DNA of 46,053 nucleotides from Catajapyx aquilonaris. Its lineage: Eukaryota. A model generated the notes under the pieces. The model worked only from the letters and a program-made list of their open reading frames with translations. It searched no databases and had not been told where the DNA came from. The stretch covers positions 1 to 46,053 of the forward strand of contig KZ538822.1 of NCBI GenBank assembly GCA_000934665.2, written 5' to 3'. The translations under genes and the position numbers were made by a program. Positions 14,553-25,919 of this stretch are shown piece after piece (the stretch's first letter is position 1; every line of letters begins with the position of its first letter).

Positions 14553-16121
14553 CATCCCTGCTCTACTTAATATCAGAAAACCCGCCCCCAATATAAATAT
14601 TGGCAGGTAGCTGGTAACTGGTAACAACAGCGGTTCAAATTTGGATACATCATTAAGGTATAACTACATAACTTTGATCACAAGAACCTCATGTAACTTT
14701 CCACTGCATACACCTTAAAGCAAGGCAGATTGGTGCGGTAGTATTATAAAGAGAGGGTAGCTACTGCCCCCTCCCAGCAACCCAACCCTTGCCTATCCCA
14801 ATTTCCTTTGCATAACACAAAGAGAGCCTTGGGTGCTGCTAAAAGGCCGCATTGGAGTAATTTCGGCGATTGAACCGGAGCTCCCCCCCCCCNNNNNNNN
14901 NNNNNNNNNNNNNNCCCCCCCTTCCCTAAAACCACTCCATCGGATCGATGTTCTGCAACAAAGGTTTTCCAGTGTATCGTCAATGCCAGCCACTATGATC
15001 TGGGGAGTCCGAATTCCTGCTGTACAATGCAGGTTGCAATATTATTCTCTCCACCCACTTTCCCTCCCTATCCTTTGACCAGGAGCCAGGAACCAGTAAC
15101 GCCACACAATGTGTATCCCGGTAGCAAAATTTTCAGTTTCATATTTGAAAAACGGGGGGGCAAGCATACAATACAGCGCAGCGTGGCTGTGGTGTATACC
15201 AGGGGCCGAAGAAAGGGATGCTTTTGGAGCAATTCATAATTAATAAGAGCTTGATAGGTACAGCATGCAGTGCCTTTCGGCGCGCGATATTAAAAAATCG
15301 CTTAATTAAGCATGACTATATAATTAATTTAGCTTCATCATCACAATAGTTACAGGGTCTCCTAATCCTATCGTTAAACTTCACGGAAGATAACATCGGC
15401 ATAGCAACCAACAAGAGATCAGGTTTGTCACATGTAGCCTAATAATGTACCTCAATGACAATAAATTATTATTACTGAACATTTGAGCAGAATACTTTCC
15501 AGATGACAAATTATGAAGCCTATAAGCCACTACCCTGCCTCGGAACTAATTTTAAAACGTGCTTTCCAAACCACTGCATCATCAGAGCAGAACGTGATTA
15601 AAGTGCATACGTAAACACTTTAATAAAAATTTCACAAATCCCCAGGTATCGCATCAAAGTGCTCCCAAAGAATAATAAATAGGCACATGTATTCAAGTAT
15701 CAGTATCACAATCTGGCCGCTGGCAATGTGCAGGTATCATCGTCCGATATCGCCATTATGCCTATTATCGCTTTGTTGTCATATCCAGAATTGAGCGGTT
15801 GTGTTCTAATGTTGGTGTTGCCCACTGTGGACGCTTTTATCCTGTTGCGGTATGTTGCATGCAGGTGTGCTGGCTTTGACCGGTTGGACCGTAGTTGTCC
15901 ACATGGGAGTGGTTTTGTCCACAATCCCTTTCCAGCTGCCGGTTTTACTATCATTCCGACCAAAATTTTTACCCACACTCACCCAGATTTATCCACATAA
16001 CAAATATAAATTGGTTCGACATGCAATGAATGCCACTTTAATGTCAATTTTTGCTAATATCTCTATAGGGGTAAGTTCTCGCTGGGAATCTCCCGAGACC
16101 TCGTGAGCTATGCTGGTGGTA

Positions 16122-16410
16122 CAGTGTTGGACATTAATCGCATCATACTGCTAGCGAGATTTTCCGATGCGGGAGACGTGCAAATCGAAGCCCTGCGAGT
16201 AAGAAATGGTAGCCCTTGAGTGACGTCACCGGCTGGGGACCAATGGAGAACAGGCTTGTCCCGAGCCAGTGACGTCACCCAAGGGCTACCATTTCTTACT
16301 CGCACGGCTTCGATTTGCACGTCTGCCGCAACGGAAAATGTCGCTAGCAGTATGACGGAATTAATGTCCCAGTCACAGCAAAGTACAGGCGACAACCTTG
16401 CCATACACTG
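16122..16410. mobile_element. Fold-back MITE family C, copy 1 (TA-flanked, CAGTG ends; two CRE palindromes; right TIR interrupted by ~35 bp)
   Basis: ta|CAGTGTTGGACATTAAT ... ATTAATGTCC[~35 bp]ACACTG|ta, with long arms gacgtgcaaatcgaagcc/ggcttcgatttgcacgtc and tgcgagtaagaaatggtagccctt/aagggctaccatttcttactcgca. Homologue at 29485-29741. Confidence 0.9.
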
Positions 16411-18917
16411 TACCTAACCCAAACTAGGCCGCTTGATTTGGCTCTCGCTTCTCCCCTATTGGGCACACTTACCCCAAACTTGCCACACAACTTCAGTTGA
16501 TTTGACCGCATAGTACACCGCATTAGCTACGTTATTAACCCCGTCCATCCCACCTCAAACTTCAGCACGCCCTCAAACTCTGCTCGCAACAAAGGACCGC
16601 AAATTTGCCGCGCTTGCTGACAACACGCCCCCCCCCCCCNCCCCCACCTTCTTTTGTATCATCGGATGAAACACGACGACAACTTGTCTTTTGTCCTGAG
16701 TGACAAAAAACTTCCTGTCTCCTTTCCTTCTCGTTTTTTTTTCCTTCCTTCTTCCTAAGAATAGGGAAGCAGAGGAAATACCTTGCGCTATCCGGTGACA
16801 GAGACGGACAGCCCGTATTATGGCTCCGAACAAGAACAAGCTACTCTCCTTTTTTTGCTGTTGTTGTTAGTTTGCCTCAGATCTCGAAGAAACAACAGTC
16901 CTCTGAGTACTTTTCCCCATCGACTAATCTCACGTGTCTTGCACATCAGAAGACATATTATTGGTCCAAACAACAGTATTGAGCGATGCTGAGCCACTTG
17001 AAGGATCCGACGTGGTAATAATGTCGGATAAATGCTGGGAGTTTCCTTATTTTACGCCCCATTTAATAAAAACCGGCAAGTGATGGGAAGCCAATAAAAC
17101 TTAAACGGAATTTAGGAAGCTGAAAATCCGTAGAATCTATTCAGTCTGCAGAGGCATTCAGTGCCCCCAAAAAAACTTTTTGATTTGCTCAAAACTGGCA
17201 AAGTTTCTCTCTTGTTCATTTATACGGCTTATTAAGACTCATCCCCGAATTGAACTCAAGCTATTCCAAAAGTTTAAGGTGCGTTGTTCTGTATAATTGG
17301 CTGTAACTGTGCACTAATTAGATGAATTACGGAGAGTAAATGATTCAAAAGGATTCCCCGCTAACCTGAGCTACACTGTATAATATGGCTAAATTCCAGA
17401 GAACAATAATTCCCTCTCCCTCGTTCTAAAACGCCGGAAAATAAATGTCGATCATATTCACTGCAGTTACATGGATGGGAAAACTAGTCGTACAGAAACA
17501 AGCTTCACGTCAGTATACATTGTCTAACTTTCGAATGAGGTATTTCAACATTTCGCTCATCTAACGAGCATGCACCATCGAGCAGATTCAAATTATGCTT
17601 GCAATCAGTTTTAATGAGAGGATTAAATGAATCGAGGAATTTCTCACGCACACTTGGTATACATACAGTATATACGTAATTATACCAGAAATGACTTCTA
17701 GCCGTGACATCAACATGTGTCGAAAGTCGGAAACACACAGACTGATTGCGATCAAAACGTCAGCAATAAATTACGGAATCGATTTGATCATAATTGCGGG
17801 AATAAAAGCATCGATACGATCATATCCGAGGCATTATAAATGTCACCATGCTCACTGAAAGGATTTAGATAAAAATCAACAGTCTTATATCTCAAAATCT
17901 GACGTAATGATGGCCATTACGTAATAAAATCCGACTTTTACAGGACATATTAGCTAAGATATCTTGACGCATTACAACTTTACAAGGATATACTGTACGT
18001 CTTATAAGACGTTCATTTCAAGCTCCTTTCAAAAGTTATTAATGTCAAACCGACATGCAACTCGAGGGAATATTTTCAGAGCTAATAAACTGGAGTAGCA
18101 AGTTGTCAGTTACTATGAACTCCTGGTAATATTGCCATATCATTAGTTTGTTGCGACATTTCGCGCATAATGAGCCTTGACTGGTCGTACAATTTCGTCG
18201 CATATTGCAACTACCGTATCTCTCAGGTACAATATCACCGCGGTACAATCATTTGCCACAACACCCTAACATTGGATTCAAGTCGACCTGTCACCTTTTG
18301 ACCCTTCACGTTTCAGCCCACCCCGAATATTTATGTTAGCCGCTATCAGCCCATCCATGAGCATTTACCATCGGCCTATCCGAATTTAAATTTCAGATGC
18401 GCCCCATTACCTCCATGTTCTATGAGTTCCCCCCACAACCAGGTTAGGCCTCGGTTTTTAGCTATGCAATCAGATGGGAGTAATAATCCCCTTCTTCACT
18501 CAAGTCGGCGGCCCCAATTTCAAGCTGCTGCTGCGCTCACATGCATCATTGGGCCCCGCGAGAATTATGAATCTTATCGGGTGGAAAGGACCGCGCGCCT
18601 ACGGGGAGCTCTTCCGCCAGCCTCCGATTACAGGCCAAGGTGCTGTGGCTTTCTTATTTACGGGGGAAAATGGCCTGCAGAATGATTCAGGGGTCTGCGC
18701 CGGGCCTTTACACACGCTGGGTCTGCAGGCCTGATAAGGGGAAGCATCTACCGCGAATATTAAAACTCGTCCGATAGGTGTCACCAGTTCCGAGTGACAA
18801 ACGGCGCCATCTACTATCGCTAAATGCAGTCACTCCCTCATATCGCGCGTTCCAGGGGCTAAAACTGGTCACGCTTCTTGGTATGTGGCATCCATTGGAC
18901 CAGGTCATCACGGTATG

Positions 18918-18953
18918 CCATCATGCGAACTCCTATAGGAGTTCGCATGATGG
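18918..18953. repeat. Perfect 36-bp palindrome with no spacer
   Basis: ccatcatgcgaactccta|taggagttcgcatgatgg: the two 18-bp halves are exact reverse complements. Confidence 0.95.
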
Positions 18954-18972
18954 AATTCAGAAGAGTTAACTT

Positions 18973-19265
18973 ACAAGGGAACAACCAAGGTCGGTCGCCT
19001 CCGATTTGGTTGAAACTCATGCGTGTCACTCATGAGCGATAGACACAGTGGTGAAAGTCCTAGATGCCACTGTCCAGCCGTTTCCGACATATGAGCACCT
19101 TCCCGCCCGAAACCTGTATACGCGCGGCCAAAATTCGGATGTTTCTGTCGCTCATATCTCGGAAACGGATGGACAGTGGTATCTAGGACTTTCACCACTG
19201 TGTCTATCGCACATGAGTGACCCCTCATGCGAGTTTCAACCCAATCGAAGGCGACCGACCCTTGT
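18973..19265. mobile_element. Fold-back MITE family D (unclassified)
   Basis: ~110-bp arms ggtcggtcgcct.cgatt.ggttgaaactc ... gcgatagacacagtggtgaaagtcctagat.ccactgtcca.ccgtttccga.atatgagc, mirrored by gctcatat.tcggaaacgg.tggacagtgg.atctaggactttcaccactgtgtctatcgc ... gagtttcaacc.aatcg.aggcgaccgacc. TSD not resolved. Confidence 0.9.
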
Positions 19266-21175
19266 TAGACAAGCCGTTTATATCTAACAATATATTGAAA
19301 CGTCTCTGAATTTCGCTCCAACGGAATACATGAATGGATAGATACCCACGCGAATCAGTGACATCAGACGGATACGTTACGCAACGTTTCTAAACTGTTT
19401 CACCTTTGACAGCAGCAGTCATGCCGCCAGATGTTACCATTGAGAAGCAGCTCAGAAGAGGGTCGCTCTCACATCTCACGATCTTCCTGCCTCTTTTGTC
19501 AAAATGTCGTTGACAAACTTGGGGATTTGGAGACTTCCAGCCCGAAGGTGGCGCAGCAGTGGCCATAGTTGTGTTTGGCGCCCGAGAAAATCGAGTTAGC
19601 GAGTTGAGCTGCAACTCCGGATGCTTCTCTACCTCTTATTCAATTTCGGAATGAGGACTGCCGGAGTTTGCAAAAGGCAAGTGAGCCGCCATTGGACCCC
19701 CCCTCTGCTGGCCCTCTTTGAAAGGTGGTTTGGTGTCACAAAAGGACATCCTTCCGCCTGATGAGTCCCCTTTGTGCTTTAGTGGTCCAGATCCCCCCAA
19801 CTCTGTCCCGGATGGACAAGTAACAAACTTTGTACCGGGGAAATAGATTGCTGGTAGGGGGGACTACACGAAAATGTACAATACAATGCACTTAGACGTG
19901 TGCCAAAATCCTGAAACAATGTTCTAGTCTCTGTGCGCCACATAAAAGACTGAGGATAGGAGGAACATTGTGAGAAGTTTAGGAGCAGCAAAAGGACTAT
20001 GCAGTTAAGCATTTTGCTATGTACAGTACTGCTGCATAACAAACGCTACTTTCGTCTGCAATAGACAATAGTAGACTATTTGCCCAGACAAAATAACAAT
20101 TTCACTCTGAATGAATAAGACAGAAGGCATAATCTTTTGAAATCGAAGTGAACTTAATTTTTTTTAAAGAAATAGCTGAAGAAATTGCCAGATATTTACG
20201 AAAAAAAATTGTCCCAAAAATGTTTATGGGCCCATGAAATTAGGTCAAACTATCGAAATTTTTCCTACAATATCAGGCTCGAACATATCCAGCTAAGCAT
20301 GAATACAAGCGCAGTTTTTTGCAAATATTTAGTTACGATCTCCATGCTTATAAACACTGGAGGGGATTTTTTAATGTTAGCCTAATGTGAACAATTCAGC
20401 GCATAATTAAGGGACGCATAATGTTTGAAATATAATTTTTTGCCTAATTATCAACTTTTCGCTTGCAATAAAAAAGTAATCGGTGTGTAAAACTAGGACA
20501 AACTACCCGCATCGCATTTACAATATCAAGCCAGAATGAATCCCACTAAGCGTGAATAGAAGCGTAGTTTTTTTGTTGTAAATATTTAGCAACTCCGGCG
20601 GAAAAACAGGGTTTAGCAAAGCCCGGTCCTGGAACACAGTTTCAGCAACGCTTACTTTCCCCGGACTTGTCCAACTCCGTGCAAAACCGTCGCAGTTGTC
20701 CAGACAGCCTCCACGTGCCCACAACCGGAAGACACTTCCTTCTCCATTAACGCCCCAGAGGACTTCGTGTTTGCATTGCGTTTGCCATCTGCATTATGCC
20801 CAGAAACGAATTCCAGTAGCACCTTTTCCTCCACCGTCCATTGTTATCGGGGCGCTGCAAAGCACCAGTGCGACAGCTTGTAGAAACGGCGGCCCGGCTA
20901 ATCCGGACGGCTCATTAACAGGGCCTTATCTGCAACCGGACACTGCCCACCATAGCTAATCCCCTCAGCGGACCCGGCTCTACGTCACTGACAACGACCC
21001 CACACCGACTCCCAATCCCAAGATTTGGAGCAGATTGCTCTCGCAGCCTACCCTGCTCATTTTGTCTTTTTTGATATGTCCAATTGTGCAGCTGGGTTCA
21101 CACAGGCCCGTCGTTTTCGTTGCATTTCGGGCCGGACGTCACACTGATCCAATCGCGGGGACACAATTTGTCACC

Positions 21176-21705
21176 CATGATTATCGACATATCGATAAGG
21201 GTGTATAGCAATTTCTTTTCGCGATAGATCAATAGTCGTGATCGTATCAAATTTTTTTACAGCGATGCATCGACATATTGATATTTGCAGGCGTGCAGAA
21301 ATCTCGCGATATATCGATATATCCCGGAAGAAAAATGTCGATACGACCATTAATATCGATATATCGCGAAATGACATTCCTTTACACCCACAAATATCGA
21401 TATATCGATACATCGCGGGAAAATGTCGATACGACAAAATGACAATCGATATATCACGAAATGAAATTTCGATACAACCATGACTATCGATATATCGATA
21501 CATCGCGGAAGAAAATGTCGATACGACAAAATGACAATATCGATATATCTCGAAATGAAATTTCTATACGCCCACGAATATCGATACATCCTATACATTC
21601 TCGGAAGAAAATGTCGATACGCCCACGAATATCGATATATATCAATAAATCGTGGGAGAAAATTTCGATACAAACATGACTACATCGACACTTCGCGGAA
21701 AACTT
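21176..21705. repeat. Degenerate minisatellite rich in TATCGATA/TCGATAC (sub-unit ~45 bp, higher-order period ~90 bp)
   Basis: atcgatatatcgatacatcgcgg..aaaatgtcgatacgacaaaatgacaat..cgatatatc.cgaaatgaaatttc recurs at ~21395 and ~21486. About 10 TATCGATA copies counted by eye. Confidence 0.9.
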
Positions 21706-22677
21706 TTCTATAAGGATCCACCAAAGGCCAGTCCGGACAATTTGGGCAGAAACAGTTGCCCAGAACCTGGTCACTGGTAGGTACACATTCTGAAAGTAGG
21801 CCGTTACGTCTAAATAATTAATGTGACAAATTCGGTGACCATGGCTACACTCTCCGGCCCTCAGAAACCCTTGCTTCCGTGCCCTCATATACGGCTCTCA
21901 CCACACTGTAATGACACGGACAAGTTGTTACCAAGGGGTAAACTAGAGCCACTGAGGTTGGAAGAAAGAGCAAAGGGCATGGGGCAGACTTGAGGGGCAC
22001 GCCAAAGGACAGGCCATGGGTTATTTTCAGGTGGGCCGAGCGGGGCCGAGAAGCCGCAAGGGGTTGGGCTGCTGCTACATCATTCAAATGCGTGGCGGTC
22101 TCTGCACGCCTTCAAGTCAGGCTCTCGGGCGGAAGCCAATGGCCAGTCCTTGGCGACGATGGCCGCCACTTTCCCGGAGGTAGAAGGCCAGAAGGGGTCA
22201 TTATCACGGCTTATTTTGGTAGCAGTCTCGTGGTGTTTCGATCAGGGGTTGACAGCCTCTGCCCGGTTGAATTTGGTCATCAGTTAATGACGCAAAATGT
22301 GATCAACATGGTGTCGAGACTAGGTGCAAAAGGTCACTTCATGCGGAATGTTTACTAATATTCAGATAGGCTATAGTAAACAATCACAAAAGCAGGTGAT
22401 GATAAATAATTCACGCCATGAACCCGCACTCGTTCATTATGCAAATTGGGCTTCCCTTACAGTGTAACTACCAATATAGAGCGACCAGAGAAGCGACTAA
22501 TAGCACTAAAATATTAATCGACATAAAATAAGTGGGCTGTAATGAAAGGTGTGAATTATCCTAAATGCTCGGGGCAACCAACTTGTCTTTTCAGTACAGC
22601 GCAGCGGGAAGTCTACTTCCCAGGATATATTTGGGTTGACGTCAAGGGCACATGTTTATTTGCTAGATGTCTACATG

Positions 22678-23091
22678 CAGGGTTCGGAACCTACTGTCGC
22701 TTTGGGAAATGATAGAGGGATTCTAGGCGATCACTTTGAGTATACAGTATGCAACATACTTAGTTACCGAGATAATTAGCATTTAATTAGAAGTGCTTAT
22801 AGGTTTCGAATACTGCTTACGACACTTCCATGGCGTAGGCCATTCCCTGCTACACCTAACAGGATCGTAAATTTAAATTAAATTACATGGTGACACCTTA
22901 AATTTAAATGAAAAATCTAAGGTCGCATGGAGGGACGCATACGTGCCATGATATTTTATACCTTGTGTTTGAAGCACATTATCTCGGTAACTATGCGTCG
23001 TCTGAGACCCATGTTGCATATACTCAAAGTGATCGCCTAGAACCCATCTATCATTTCCCAAAGCGAAGGTAGGTTAAATTTCCGAACCCTG
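22678..23091. mobile_element. hAT-like MITE family E
   Basis: Ends CAGGGTTCGGAA...TTCCGAACCCTG, ~100-bp imperfect arms (tcgctttgggaaatgataga / tctatcatttcccaaagcga; ttctaggcgatcactttgagtata / tatactcaaagtgatcgcctagaa). Flanks tctacatg and tgtacagg match 6/8, consistent with an aged 8-bp TSD. Confidence 0.85.
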
Positions 23092-25882
23092 TGTACAGGA
23101 GATTTTTCACCTTTTGGATAGGAGATGAGAGGACAACTCAGAAGAACCTATAGAAATGATTCACATCTCAAGGTTTTACGAATGTGTGGCTTTGTATGCA
23201 TCCACAATGGCCTCCCTTCAGCTACTTTTTCATTTATACTTGTCATTCATAAAAATCGATGACCATTTAAACTGTTTGCTTTGAACAGACCCCCTCACAA
23301 TTCGCTGTTAATATTGCAAGAGGTCTCCATCAAGTCGGACAAAACATCAGTTTCGAGCGGTATATAGTCTAGGTATTGCAACAACCGGAACAAAAAAGAT
23401 AACATCTTTCTCCCTCGCGTTGAAAAGCACTTTTATAATATTAAACATTTAAAAAAAATTTAAACATCGATCAGACACTTACGAACCTTTAATAATTTGG
23501 CAGGACGCTTAATGGAACCTGTGTGGCATATGTTGACGAATTATTCTATTAATATTGCATTTACTGACCCGGATCGTGCTGCAGCATATACAATCAATAT
23601 TCTTTACAGTATACGTAATCTACAGGCCGTACTTGCTACAAATTCCGGATCGTTCTCATTAACCCCCTATCGATCCCTTTTAATCCTTCCCACCCATCCC
23701 ACACCTGTGACACCACACTATATTTATTATATTTTTGCATGTACTTTCAGTATGACACGTCAACGTCGGACTAATGAAAAGTAATACTGCGCAATTTGGC
23801 CTTCTCTGTACACCTGGCTCGTGCATGGTAATGGCCCCTGCATGTCTGTCCCTGGTACCCTCCACCATTAGTGTCCCCCCCCCACCGTCCCAGACCAAAA
23901 CTGCGTGGTATGCAAGTCGTGCACAGGCAATCTTGCTTGCTTGCAGCTCCGGGGAAACGTGAATGATCCCCGTCGGCTTCACCCTCCCGCAATCATCCGG
24001 GGCCACCGTATCTTCCCTTCGGGGTCGTGCACTGCATTTGACCTCCCGCATCTCGGATTATGTAATCAGGCTCGTGGAAGTACCCCCTTCTATGCCTCTC
24101 TATCCTCTATTGCCCTTTTTTTGTGCCAAACTGAAAGTACCTCACGATTCCCAACTCGGACTCAATTGATACCAGGAGGTGGAGGGGACCCCCCCCCCCC
24201 AAAAAAAAAAAAAAACTGACAAAGTACCGAACAACAATCGTATGTTTGCAAATTCTACAGATATACCAACAAATGCAAAGTTTTAAAGCGTTATTGCATG
24301 TTGGAACAATTACTTATGTAATTTGTCAATTTGAATATGGCTACAGTTCCACTATTATTATTTCAACAGCATAATATGTTGCCAGTCACAATTCAGCGGA
24401 CTTGTTCAGTTAGTCGTATAAATATTTACTGTAACAATATATTAATTAACTGCATATTAATTATCAAATTACGGGCAGAAAATGGCCACCAGCTCGTGGT
24501 GACAATTTTGTATATTTCCAGGTGTCATCATATAAAAATTCCAGTCTATGGCATTACCTCCAGTGTGCCAAAGAAGCTGAAGAATCGGTTAACTAGAGCA
24601 AGAAAAGCGGACAAGTCCACATCAATACATCAGTAACTTTACAGGACATGAGGTAAATAGGACTTGACAATTGCACAACCATAAGTGAACCGTAACTCAG
24701 CCAGATTTGCAACAAATTATTACTGAATCGCCGTGCTTTTTAAAACTTTGCATGGTCCAATCCCTTTAACTGTAACACATGGTTACTTGGTTTCCCCCCA
24801 AAAAATTCAAAAGATACGAGTGCGCCAGTGCATGAATATGCACAAGCACGCACATTTGCGTCGAATCCCGGAGGCAGAATAAAATCTGAAATAAAATATA
24901 CTGGCGAATTCATGCGATTTTGCATTAAAATTCAGCTTTTTTAAACATCCGGGTGCTCTCAGAATATGATTTTTTAATTAAATCCACCGTTAAGTGCATT
25001 CTTGTATGAAACACCTCAAATATAAAAATCTGCGTGTAATTCGCAATGTCGACTGGAAAGTTCAATTACTTTCGAGACACCTGGTCCAAATAGGCTTAGG
25101 TCACCTTTTGAGACCTCGGTCGTGACGCTAATGAGGCCAAAATCTCCCTTAATCCCACCCCGGCGGGAGTTGCCATCATTTTGGGGGACGATGCGAATTA
25201 GTCGGATTGGTCATAAAAGCGAAAGAGGAATCCCAGGTTATATCAGCGGCGGAAGGGGTTTTAATGACCTCGTGCAGGGTCATTATGACACCTAGGGTGA
25301 TGGATGGGGCTTACGCAGAAAGAGAGATATCTCCAGTGACAATTATGACCACACTGCTGCGCTGCTGGTGAATGTTAGATATCTGCAAGTCCTGGTGTAA
25401 AGAGGAGAGCCAGGAGGAGCTTATCTCTGTTTCGTGTGATTATCAGCCTTTCCCTTTATTATCCCCCAAATCCCTTTGTAATTATACAATTACTATTGTT
25501 ATGGCACGAGCACACGACGGGGGAGGGGTTCCGAGAGGCCTTGCTGGAAAATTAACTATCCGCGCAGGTGGGTGACATACGGACAGGAAAAATCGAAATG
25601 CCCTTGCATATCACGATGTTGCAATAAGAACCGAATCGCAACAGTCACGCAGGTAACTGTATCTACAACGTATCAGTGGTCAAAGAGACAAAAATCGCGA
25701 TTGTACAGTACATCCGCTAACCTTGTCATTACTGTTGAATTTTGCAACAGCCGCAGACACTGATAACATCCAGTTGCAGTATATACAGGATGTTCCATAA
25801 CGATTCTCACAACGTTCTGTGAGGAGTATATGCGACGGGTTATGTAGGTCTCCACAGCATCGTAGGGAGAAATGCAAAGCGT

Positions 25883-25919
25883 GTTGGGTTGCATCATGCC
25901 AGGATGAAACATCCTGGCA
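25883..25919 (+). repeat. Dispersed exact 29-mer (copy 1) overlapping a perfect 10-bp-stem hairpin
   Basis: gttgggttgcatcatgccaggatgaaaca (25883-25911) is identical to 41325-41353. tgccaggatg-aaa-catcctggca forms a hairpin at 25897-25919. Confidence 0.85.

Noticed and set aside
16108..16417. Mirror-image ORFs on both strands here and at 18971-19287
   Set aside because: They are artefacts of palindromic MITE sequence.
19758..19820. CTGATGAGTCC, resembling a hammerhead ribozyme core
   Set aside because: No matching GGAC-GAAA strand closes stem II. The CTGATGA at ~36321 and CTGACGA at ~8585 fail in the same way.
21171..21888. Several ORFs with repeated RYID/DISI motifs; also considered as a CRISPR-like array
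   Set aside because: These are translations of the minisatellite. The units are degenerate and tandem with no unique spacers, and the context is eukaryotic with no cas genes.
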